Below, in pieces: positions 13,690 to 24,399 of a stretch of DNA of 64,000 nt. The stretch spans positions 120,156,001 through 120,220,000 of the forward strand of contig OZ024742.1 in NCBI GenBank assembly GCA_964016885.1, given 5' to 3'. Position 1 is the stretch's first letter, and every line of letters starts with the position of its first letter. The notes below the pieces were generated by a model. That model had not been told where the DNA came from and did not search any database. It worked only from the letters and a program-made list of their open reading frames with translations. The stretch comes from Eledone cirrhosa. Its lineage: Eukaryota. Position numbers and translations under genes: made by a program.

Positions 13690-14069
13690 TTTAACCTGAA
13701 TCGATGTGGTTGTGAAGTGAACTTGTTGACTACATAGCCATGTCTGCACCTATTATACATGTATTTAACTAAAACCATGAGATGGTGAGGTGAACTCGTT
13801 AACCGCATAAGTATATCTGTACCTATTATAGATGTATTTTTAATAAGATTAATTAGAATGAATTCAAAAATATGTATTTCATTCTAACAGGCTGATGAAT
13901 TTAAATGCCATGTGTAAAACAAATCTAGTCAAGTCTCAATCAGCCGCTGAAATCCTAATACTCATTAGACACTGCATATATTGTCAATCGTAATGCCCAT
14001 TAAATGTTACGTATATTGTCATTCAATTGGGAGTGACACATTTTCGTCACCGTATTTCACTTAATTAAT

Positions 14070-14155
14070 TGTTTCTACTTTTGGCACAAGGCCAGCAATT
14101 ACCCAGTGCATTACTGGTACTTTATTTTATCGACCCCGTAAGGATGAAAGGCAAA
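14070..14155 (-). mobile_element. 5'-truncated young SINE with 12-bp target-site duplication
   Basis: CACTTAATTAAT at 14058-14069 and 14156-14167; body nearly identical to the copies at 31287 and 53688. Confidence 0.9.
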
Positions 14156-15562
14156 CACTTAATTAATGAAGACTTTTAAGAGAATTAACTAAAACTATGA
14201 ATTAATTCATTACTAAGATAGCAACTGAACATACATATATAAAATAGATTTTAATTTAAATAGGAACCCTTTGAAATAGGCGTGTTTTGTTTCCTAGAAT
14301 CAGAGCCGGTTTTGCCTTTCCCCACATTGATTCTAAAAGAGTTTTAAACACTGATTGATCTATGTTTCAAGTATAAATCATGACTAAATTTATGGTTCCA
14401 GAACTTTACTAGACTGTATTGGCAACGATTGGAATTATTGTAGCTAGATTCATTTATTACTATAAATGCAAATATAAGTGAAACTGCAAACAGTATTCAC
14501 TAAAAACAATATACACACGGGTTAAAGGGCGAAGCCAAAAATATTTGATAAAAGTGGTTGGACTTATGTTTCAGTGCAACTTATGAAAAATACGGTAATT
14601 ATAGTCCCAACAGGATCTCTGATCAATGCACTTGTCATAACAAGAACGGAAGAACTTATATGTAGATGTCATATCGGTTTTGACAAGTCACATGGGTAAT
14701 ATTTGAATTGTTTGTACAGTAGATTGAATCAATCAGTGTAAATACCTATAAGCAGAGTAAATCGGCCATTTGGAAGGAATGAAAGAAAAGAAAGGAAGGA
14801 AGAAGTTGACACAGGTGGAATTTGAACATGACACCGAGATAAGTATGATGAAGTACTACTGTAATGAGTAGAAAGTTGGATTAAATAGCCCACTTTACTG
14901 TTTCTTCCAACTAATAAAGTATACATAGAAATCAACACGTTTCTATTAATATGTTGCGCATATGCATTTTTATTGCCCTGCAGGAAGTAAACAAACATCC
15001 GTGTTTTACTCATTAAAATATTAAATGAATGCGACGTAATATACAGCGTACACACACACACACATACACACATACACACACACACGAATCCTGGTAACCT
15101 AACAAAACATTAAAGACACTCCCCACGCCTAGTTTTAATAACTAAATGTTATCGTCAGAGATAGTGTGTGTGTATGTGTGTGTAAGGTGGAACAGAATAT
15201 GTAATAACAGAAAATTACAGAAAAGTAAAACAAAATAACTAACATGTATCGAAAAACAATAGAAAGCTACGGATGAAAAACAAATCAGCTTTGTAATAAA
15301 ACCAAGAACCCTCAGGGAGAATATTCGCCGTAGGTAAAATTGCAGACTAACACAATTAGACTGTTCACAAATTACACTGTGAGAGAGAGAAAGAGGAGGA
15401 GGGGGGGGGGGTAATTCCGGTATTGGACACAATAAGATTCTACATCAATTTCTAAGTAACACATACATAGCCTAGAAATAATAATAATAAACAAATTAAT
15501 AACTTCTACAAGTAGTGGTAGCATCAAAAACAGCAGCAGTAGCAGCAGCAATAAACACATGT

Positions 15563-15960
15563 ACTCACGTTATTTGTAAAACGTCGTGGTAAAGTTGTTT
15601 TTTTTTTTTTTTTTAATATATCTACAAAACTTGTATATTTTGTCCACCTTTCTGGGAATCGCAGGCGCAGTAGCCAGGTTTGTATACTTTTATAAATGAA
15701 AAAAGAAATGCTGACGGATATGGTAAATGTTTCTCGTCGACTATTAATTTTAAGTTAAGAAAAAATGTGTATCTAAAATAAGAGGGTGTCGCGAGTCAGC
15801 ACACGCCCTTGTTTCTCGAAAGCGAGAGCTGTGGGCGCTAAATGACGTGTTCAAATTTTATTTTTTGTTTGTCTAACTACTTTTCAGTTTCTTGTGTTGA
15901 CTTAGTTGCAAAAGCTACGTGTCGTCCAGCTCACGTAGGTAAGACGACTCGTTGCTGTCG
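15563..15960. promoter_or_regulatory. Probable CpG-enriched (bidirectional) promoter with non-coding first exons
   Basis: Local CpG excess in apparently non-repetitive sequence; GTCGCGAG 15788, TCTCGAAAGCGAGA 15814, TGACGTG 15843, TACGTG 15916 and CACGTA 15932; minus-strand donor GTGAGT at 15568-15563 and plus-strand donor AG|GTAAGA at 15938/15939. Confidence 0.55.
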
Positions 15961-16054
15961 TGATAAAAGCCAGACAAACAAAGAGAGATAACTTATTTTT
16001 GTACTACAATTGAAATAATACCAACAACAACAACAATAAATACACCGGTTTTTA

Positions 16055-16141
16055 AACTACTTATAGTGATAAATATATAGCACACTACTTATAGTAACAA
16101 ATATTTAGTACACTACTTATAGTAACAAATAAATAGTACAC
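16055..16141. repeat. 28-bp tandem repeat, 3 copies
   Basis: ACTACTTATAGT(G/A)A(T/C)AAATA...AG(C/T)AC units. Confidence 0.8.
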
Positions 16142-16490
16142 ACAGGAGAGATATACAGATAGATTCTAATGCTGAAAGAAAAAGAAGAGAAGACAGAACG
16201 AATAATATACAATGGATGGAGAGAATAAAAGAAAATAATAAGGTGATATTGTAAGTAGTTGCAGCAGGTCAGCCTTGATCGAGCAGGCCTATGATCAAAG
16301 GCATTTCTGCAGTGACTATCCCACTTTTAACTTAAATAGAATAAAGTACCAGTAATGCATTGATAATCGCTGGCCTTGTGCCAAAAGTAGAAACAATTAT
16401 TTAACGTCTCCTTTTATAGGTTTGTTTGGCTGCCAATTCTAGCAAGTCGAGCAACCATGTTAAGTCTAAACAATGATTGTATTAAGTGAA

Positions 16491-16561
<71 letters not shown>
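16491..16561. repeat. (CT)n(TA)n compound microsatellite
   Basis: Direct reading. Confidence 0.95.
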
Positions 16562-16564
<3 letters not shown>

Positions 16565-16639
16565 GGGTTCAATCGGGGGGTAACCACAGTAAGTAAGGTG
16601 CTCAATACATAGTAGAGTATAAATATTTAATATAGAAAT

Positions 16640-16690
16640 GGTTTCTACAGGACTAGAACTGTTTCATTTTGGAGAAATCATCAGGAAGCC
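16640..16690 (-). ncRNA. Type I hammerhead ribozyme-like motif
   Basis: Minus strand GGCTTC-CTGATGA-TTTCTCCAAAAT-GAAA-CAG(TTCTAGTC)CTG-TA-GAAACC: intact core, stem III CAG/CTG, stem I 5 of 6 pairs, weak stem II. Confidence 0.65.
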
Positions 16691-16729
16691 CTGATGATTT
16701 CTTCCGAACGAAACAGTTCTGTAGAAGCC
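16691..16729 (+). ncRNA. Hammerhead ribozyme-like motif, second arm of the foldback
   Basis: CTGATGA-T-TTC(TTCC)GAA-C-GAAA-CAG(TT)CTG-TA-GAAGCC; no good cis 5' strand for stem I. Confidence 0.5.
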
Positions 16730-16929
16730 AGTTCTATATTATATATATACACAGAGATATCCACGGTAAGTTGTGGGGTCTAGTCGGCATGAAGAACTCA
16801 ATGTAATCCATGTTGAAAATGTAGGTTAAAATAAATCCCGGAAAACAGAGTCATGATATAAGTTAAAACAATGAAATAAAAAATAAAGTCATTAGAAATA
16901 TACTTCACACACACACACACACACACACA

Positions 16930-17140
16930 CAGTGGCGGACTGGCCTAGTCGTGGGCCCCCGGTAGTATATTAGGGGCTAATACAAATACATTGCTTTCAA
17001 AGAAAATATCAGAAATCCTAGCAAAAAAAAAGACAAGAACAAATAAAACAATTAGGCAAAGCAGATGAATGCATACGTACTTATATATGAAAAAAAATAT
17101 TTGATTTGACCTACCAAACGAAATTTTATTTATCTTCTCA
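16930..17140 (+). mobile_element. Probable hAT-like non-autonomous element end
   Basis: Begins CAGTGGCGGACTGGCC..TGGGCCCCC, a typical hAT-MITE terminus; the partner terminus was not found. Confidence 0.35.
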
Positions 17141-17182
17141 CACACACACACACATGTATTATATATATATATATATATATAT

Positions 17183-18150
17183 AATGAAGGGGGAGGGGGC
17201 AGCCGGTCCATCGGGAATAGTTGCCAAGATGCTAAGAGCATTTGGGTCGGTAGGTCACACCTTAACCACATGTATTGTAAACCAAGTAATACTAAATGGT
17301 GTCAAATTGAATTATTGATGCAGCAGCACCATTGTCAACTGCTACAAGAGTAAAGGAAATGAACTGGATAGAGGAAACTATAGAGGTATAAAGCTGATGG
17401 ACCAGATCATGAAAGTAACAGAGTTATACCGCAGCTGATTAGGGATTGGGTAAATCTAGGTGAGACGCAGTTCGGATTTGAACCAGGCAAAAGCACCACA
17501 GATGCTCTCTTCCTGGTGGAGCAGCTACAGGAAAAGTACCTTGCTAAAAGTAAACTGCTCTACAAGGTATTTGTTGATCTGGAGAAAGCTTTTGACAGAG
17601 TGTCCCATGCCATAATCTGGTGGGCTCTTTGAAAACTAGGAGTAGATGTGTGACTTGTGAAGGCTGTACAAGCCATGTATAGGGGAGCAGTCATCAAAGT
17701 TAGGATTAATAATGACCATAGCGAGGAATTTAGCATATAGGTTGGTGTCCACCGGGACTGTTCTTAGCCCTCTCTTGTTTATTATCGTACTGCAGGCTAT
17801 AACAGGAGTTTCAGACCAGCTGCCCATGGGAAGTCCTTACACAGATGTTCTTACACTTATAGAGAAGTCTATGGTGGAACTTGAGAATAAGTTCCCTTGT
17901 TTGTTGGCCCTGCTTCCATGCTTGGAATTTCAAGTCAACCTGACAAAGACTGAGGTCCTAGTAAATAGAGGAGAAAACAGAACCCTGATCCTCTTGGGGA
18001 AATGGCCTCGTTCAGTGTGTAGGTATAAATTCCATCCTCTGTCCCAAATGCAAACTATGGGTACACAAGAGATGTAGTGAGATCTCACAAAGTTTAGCTA
18101 AGAATGTATGTTTTATATGTAGCAGTTGCACCGAGGCAGTAAGCAGGAAA
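17183..18150 (+). mobile_element. RTE-clade LINE reverse transcriptase fragment, decayed
   Basis: AAGPSGIVAKML, VNCYKSKG..LDRGNYRGIKLMDQIMK, QFGFEPGKSTTDA, FVDLEKAFDRV, VLSPLLFIIVL; multiple frameshifts. Confidence 0.9.
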
Positions 18151-18399
18151 CAAGAACTATCAACAACAACAACTTCGAACGAATGAAAGGCAAAGTTCAC
18201 TCTGACTGGATTTGAACATGGAGTGCAAGAGAACCAGAAAAATATAGCAAGATATTTTGTCTTACACTGTAATTCACCTACTACAACTGTCATTGAAAAA
18301 TGAGTAGAAATCTGTGTTGGGAAGGAAGTAAACCTCTCAAAGAAATAAAATCATGTTTATTGTGAGAGGACATTCGTGTGCATAGAGGTAATTGTCACA

Positions 18400-18760
18400 T
18401 ACAAGTATGGAAAACATGTCAGCAATATCTACAGAAATATTTGAAATCTGGTTTTACTCCTTTGATCAATAATCAGACAATACCTATGGGCTTTTTATGT
18501 GAAAAGACATTTGGAAATGATGCAATGAAAGCTTCAAAGGTGAAGATTAAACATCGAATAAGGAAAACAAACATTAACATGTTGTTAGACACTGAATGAA
18601 CAGTTTGGAAAATGTACATCCTGAATGTCTTTTCTGATGAGAGATAGAAACTGTGGAATGTTCTTCAGTCAACAGTATGATGCTACCAAATTGACAAGCT
18701 TTGAGAAATTGTGTGATGAATGTGAAGCTTTTCTCAGAGACACTAGAAACAAAGTGAAAT
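18400..18760 (+). mobile_element. hAT Buster/Charlie-type transposase N-terminal remnant
   Basis: CQQYLQKYLKSGF...PMGFLCEKTFGNDAMKASKVKIKH resembles the BED-finger region (Y..YLK.GF..P.C..C...SN.AMKPSKL..H) of Buster transposases. Confidence 0.65.
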
Positions 18761-20002
18761 GGCTACAGTTATTGATATAGAACTATGACCATGAGTGTAA
18801 CCATTACACTTATATTGAGTTATGACTTTTACTCAGTACTATGGGAGCTTCTCTTTACTCTATCGTGCATGCCATAGTATATTACTAGTAGTGATATATT
18901 TTTACATAAGTACAAGGTCAAACATTTTAGGGATAAGAACACTCAATTATTTCAACTCCAATACCTAACTGGTACTTTATTTTATCAACCCATAGGATTT
19001 GAACTGATGTAAATATCACAAGGCATTTTGTTTAATGCTCTAATGATTTTACCATAGCACTGTCATGCTACTAGAGATTGTGTCTTTAGATTAGCTTGTG
19101 TTGTATTCTTTTCAATAACCTTTGTTAATTCCTTCTGTGACAATATTGCAAACTGAGAGGTGTTAAGCCTCTTAACCAAGTTAAGTAGAGTATTGAAGAG
19201 AACATAGAATTTAACTGAAAGGGCTTTCAGAAATATCAACAGCAAGATAGACAATAGTGGATTCAAACTCAACCATTTAAAAAATGCATGGAACAATATT
19301 AATAAACCATTGTCATTTAATGTCAGATGAGAATGTTAGTAGCAGAAATAAATGGGCAACTTTGAAATTAACACTGATAGAATAAATACCAATTTATGTT
19401 ATAACAGTAAGCCATGACTTTTCTAAAATTGTTCCAGATTTACATAGAATTGCTAATTCATATTTTACAATGTAAAATAAAAACAGACAAAACAAGAAAA
19501 AAATCTAATGGAACTATACATGACAGTTTTTTTTTATCTAACAGAGAAGGAAGTGGCTTTCTTTTATTCTTATTACAAAAAATTAATTCCATAAGTTCAT
19601 ATACTCATACTCTAGTAGTCTATTGAAGATTTAAATTTATTTTAGTGAGAGTAGAAAAAAGAAAGTTCCTGTTAGCAAAATAGAAATCAATAGTAAGCCT
19701 GTTGTACACTTAATAGCAGTCCGACACACAAAGCTATTCTTTAAATTTAATGTTGGCTGAAACTATATTTACACAAGTAAAATAGTTGCTGTAAAGTTGT
19801 TGAATCTTATAGTGAGACAGATAATTACTAGTTAAACTTGTGGCAAATAATTTAACAAAAATATATCCACCTACTTTGATTTATGTTAGGATATTGTGAT
19901 AGAGAAAAACCCCAAATACACACACATATATATATATAGGATCTCCGTCGGTTCTGATGATGAAATTAACATGCAAGTGGTTGAGCATTTTACAGATATA
20001 TA

Positions 20003-20487
20003 TAAAGTGGTCGTGTTGGTGTCACAACAAAAGCGCTCAGTCCACTCTGGAAAGTGGTTGTGTAGCTGTCACGAATAAAAGTACCCAGTCCACACTGTAA
20101 AGTGGTTGTGTAGGTGTCATGACTAAAGCACCCAGCATACACTGAAAATATGGTTGGTGTTAGGAAGGGCATCCAGATATATATAAAGTGGTTGTGTTGG
20201 CGACACAACAAAAAGTGCCCAGTCCACACTGTAAGGTGGTCATGTAGGTGTCACGACAAAAAGCACCCAGCCAACACTAAGGTGGTCATATAGGTGTCAT
20301 GACAAAAAGCACCCAGCATACACTGTAAATATGGTTGGTGTTAGGAAGGGCATCCAGCCATAGAAACCAAGCTAAAATCAGTTCTGTGTGAGCGAATAAC
20401 GGTCCTTCAACCTGGATCTCTAACAATTGGACAGCCCGTTCTACCCATGCTAACATGGAGAATGGATATTAAATGACGATGATGATG
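20003..20487 (+). mobile_element. RTE-tail non-autonomous element with ~42-bp tandem units
   Basis: Repeated AAGTGGTTGTGTAGGTGTCACGACAAAAAGCACCCAGTCCACACTGT-like units, then GTTAGGAAGGGCATCCAGC and a (GAT)n tail. Confidence 0.8.
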
Positions 20488-22524
20488 TACCCTTAATGCA
20501 ATTCCCAGGGTCATTCAGCATAACACAGAGTGTAACAAGGCTGGCCCTTTAAATTACAGATACAACTCATTTTTACTACGATCATGCACTAACACCCTAA
20601 CCACTGAGCCATCCACCTTCACAACACACACAAACTGGCTTTTTCAAAGTTGCCTATTCTATTACACACAGTAACTTTTATCAATATATAATGAAAACAG
20701 TAGGTAAGATCTAAGGGGTGTAACCTGGGAATAATTGTACATTGAAGTTGGCAAAATGTGAATAGTAAAAGAATTTTGCAATTTTGGTTTTTTAAAGTCA
20801 ATTTAATTTGTAAAAGTAGACTCCAATAGTGAGAGAGAGTTTATTTTCTTCTTAATAGCACTAACTTCTATTTAGCTGGCGAGAAGAAAGTTTTCCAACC
20901 CATCTAATGCAACAGACACAGATGATTTGATTATGGTATCAATGAAAATGGCACTTTGTAAGTCTTTGAATACATTTATTACATTGGTAATCTAAGTGAA
21001 AGAGTAAAGCAAATTAATTTCATTGTAAGACAGAGATAGTTTAAATGAAAGGTTAAATAATATTCCCTATAGCATCATATATAATACTTTAAAAGCATAC
21101 TTTCTAGTCAGGTCGTCAAATATGCAGCTAGCATTTTAAGGACAATATAGCTTACAATGTTTTACACCAAGATGCCCTTCCTGACACCAACCCTTTTAGT
21201 TGCCTCTTACAGCATGCAATATTTCTTTAAATTGCAATGAAAGCGAGGTTTACATAAATGTGTTTGTAACACGCAATATTTCTTTAACTTAAAATATAGA
21301 CTATTATCTCTTTTGTTATCACATTTCTAACAAAGTACACTGCCAATGTGTTTAATATTTTAAATATCAAAAAAAAAAAAAAAAAGGAATTTAGTAAAAT
21401 AACTAACTTCTTCATTAGTAAGCTGATGTTTGAAACATTGCTTAAAATATTTAATAGTTAGAAGGTTTTAATATAAGTGTGGACATTTTCAAACGAACAG
21501 TTTTGTATCATAAATCCAGGGGCAGTTAGGTATCAAAAAGGTTAAATTAATGCAATTTAATTTTCTATATTTGTGGCTGATTGGTAGAACATTAAAACAT
21601 TTTATTCAATTTTTTTTTTCTTTTTAGAAGTACAAATCAATGTCAACCTAATATATTTAAACATTTAAAATTATATTTCAATTACAGTTAATGACTGTCT
21701 GATAATAATCTAAAAGCTTCTATAGGCTAATTTTTAAAAAATTTAGATGCTTCAAGAAGATACATGGCAAGACTGTTCATTCAAAAGAAGTTTGCAGTTA
21801 CTCATGAAAATAATCTTGTTGATTTGTAAATATCTGATAATGTGAAGAATTAAAAACAATAGAATCTGAACAAGTTGTTCTGAAGCAAATATCACAAAGA
21901 TTAGATCTTCATCGTCCTTGTTTTACATTCAGTTTTCCATGTTTGCATGGGTTGGGTGGGTTTTTTTCTAGTACAGCATCCCTCCGCTTGTGATTTTGTC
22001 ATCACCTCTATGAGCTTCAGCTCTTTATGATCAGCTCTCACAACTTTTTCCCTGGTCTTCCTAAGTCACCTTTAACTGCAGCTTCCTTCCACTAGGATTT
22101 CTTGGCATTTCTTAACCCAACAATTATCATCTATACGAATCACAAGGCCGTTCATGTGCAGTCTTCTCTCTGGCACACTACATCCAATTCCTCTTATATC
22201 CAGCTTATCCATGCTTTGTCTTTCACATACATTAACAAACCATTTATTTCAAAGGAACCCTATTTGAACATAATTTTGTATATTATATTAGTAATGAAAT
22301 ATTTAATAATTTTAGTAAATCACTTAAAATTCTTCATAAATTAATTAACATTGCATGTATTTCATTAGAAATACTATCATGAAAGGGTTAAACATAAACA
22401 CATTTGGAAAGTTATTGTAATAGTGAGCTAATTTTTTTGACAATCATAAATCACCTTATAATCGAGTTGCCTGATGTTCACATCCTTTACCCAAGATTTA
22501 TCATCATTTCACAATGATTTTCTC

Positions 22525-22850
22525 AAATAGAACAGCTTTACAACCCCAAGCCATTTCATATTGAGCAGTTATTACTAGCTATACATCCTTAGATTATTAG
22601 TACCACAGAAACCAACAGCTTTAGAATCACAAAACATTGTAGATTTAGCAATCATTACAAGTTATACATCCATTGATCAAATTATTGGTACCATAGAAAC
22701 CAACAGTTTTATAACCACAAGACATTATAGACTCAGCAGTCATTATGAGATAAACATCCTTAGATCAAATTGATACCATAGGAATCAACAGTTTTACAAA
22801 TCAAGACATGGCAGATTCAGCAGTTATTACAAATTATACATCATTTGATT
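22525..22850. repeat. Diverged ~85-bp tandem repeat, about 4 copies
   Basis: Recurring CATCCTTAGAT..TACCA(C/T)AGAAACCAACAG(C/T)TTT..GA(T/C)TCAGCAGT. Confidence 0.75.
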
Positions 22851-23578
22851 ATCACTATTAGAGAAAACAAACAAAATTCTCTCTTTTTTATTCTTTTTTT
22901 TATTCTACTTACTAGGTCGAGAGAAAGGGGCAGCATTCATCACCTTTACAAGCCCTCCAAACTTTCTTTTCATCTCGTCTAAAATATTAAACATATTTAA
23001 TTTGAAAGAATAACAATTTGCTGCATCTCATTTTTTCTTCCAGTTTTCCCTATAAGCAAAATGTTTATTTTCTCATTCTTTTTCACTATAGTAACATAAC
23101 ACCTACCAACCAGTGTAGCATTCGCAGTATAACATTAATTTATACACACCATGCGGAATACATTTTCAACAACACATGCATTACTCAAGTGACTTTACAA
23201 ACACATTTATGTAAACCTCGCTTTCATTGCAATTTAAAACTTGTTATTTTTCTCTGCTTCAATTACTGCACATTTTCAAACATGTACCATAACAGACTTT
23301 CTTAGAACACATGCTGTTTTATTGCTGCTAAATCATTTAAATTATTATACCCACCTAGAACAAATCAGGTTCACACTAATGGTGCTATACACTTTAACTC
23401 CTTTATTGTTTGAGATTGTGGCCACGCTGGGGCACTGCCTTGAAGGGATTTAGTCTATTATGTTGACCCCAGTAATGATTAAAAAAAAAACCAAAAAAAA
23501 ACCAGGCACTTATTTTATCAATCTCTTTTTGTCAAGCTGCTAAGTTACAGGACATTAACACAAACATGTATAAATGTA

Positions 23579-23610
<32 letters not shown>

Positions 23611-23611
<1 letters not shown>

Positions 23612-24359
23612 TGTGTGCAGAGGATATACGCAGACTAGAGAGGAACGAAGCTTGCATGCTCCGCTGGATGTGTAACAGTAACATACGTGAACGGCAAAGC
23701 ATAAACGAACTAAGGAAAAAATTAGAAATAAGAGGGATCAGATGTTGTTTACTCGAGAGAAGGCTACGTTGGTATGGACACGTGATGCGCATGAAAGTCG
23801 ATAGCTGTATAACAAAGTGCAGGGCAATAAAGATAGACGGTAGCCAGGGAATAGGCAGACCTAGAAAAACCTGGGACGAGCTAATAAACTCCGACCTCAC
23901 ACACTTACACCTCTCCAAGACAATGTCACTGGACCGAGACCTTTGGCGGTACTCAGTAACAGAGAAGACCCGCCTTACCTAAATACATAGTAAAACCTAC
24001 TACAGCCAGTAGGCATCTCTAACAAAATACACCCCGTCCCACCACCACCACCCCCACCCCATCCACACCACCCCGTTCTATGTAAAGTTATGTTGGTGCC
24101 GCGCCATCCAGGCCGAAACAAATGAGATCGTGTAGGTGTCACGACAAAAAAACACACAGTCCACGCTGTAATGTGGCCGTGTAGGCAACACGGTAAAAAC
24201 CTCCCAGACCCACACTGTAAATGTGGTTGGTGTTAGGAAGGGCATCCAACTGTAGAAAACCTGCCAGACAGTCCTATACGAGCAAGACAATCATTCTTGC
24301 CTCAAGTGGGACTACCCCCGTCCAAACCCATGCAAGCGTGGAACACGGACGTTAAACGT

Positions 24360-24397
<38 letters not shown>
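23611..24397 (+). mobile_element. RTE LINE 3' fragment
   Basis: RRLERNEACMLRWMC..RRLRWYGHVMRM..GRPRKTW, stop at 23982, 3'UTR and (GAT)n tail; starts directly after (TA)n. Confidence 0.95.
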
Positions 24398-24399
<2 letters not shown>

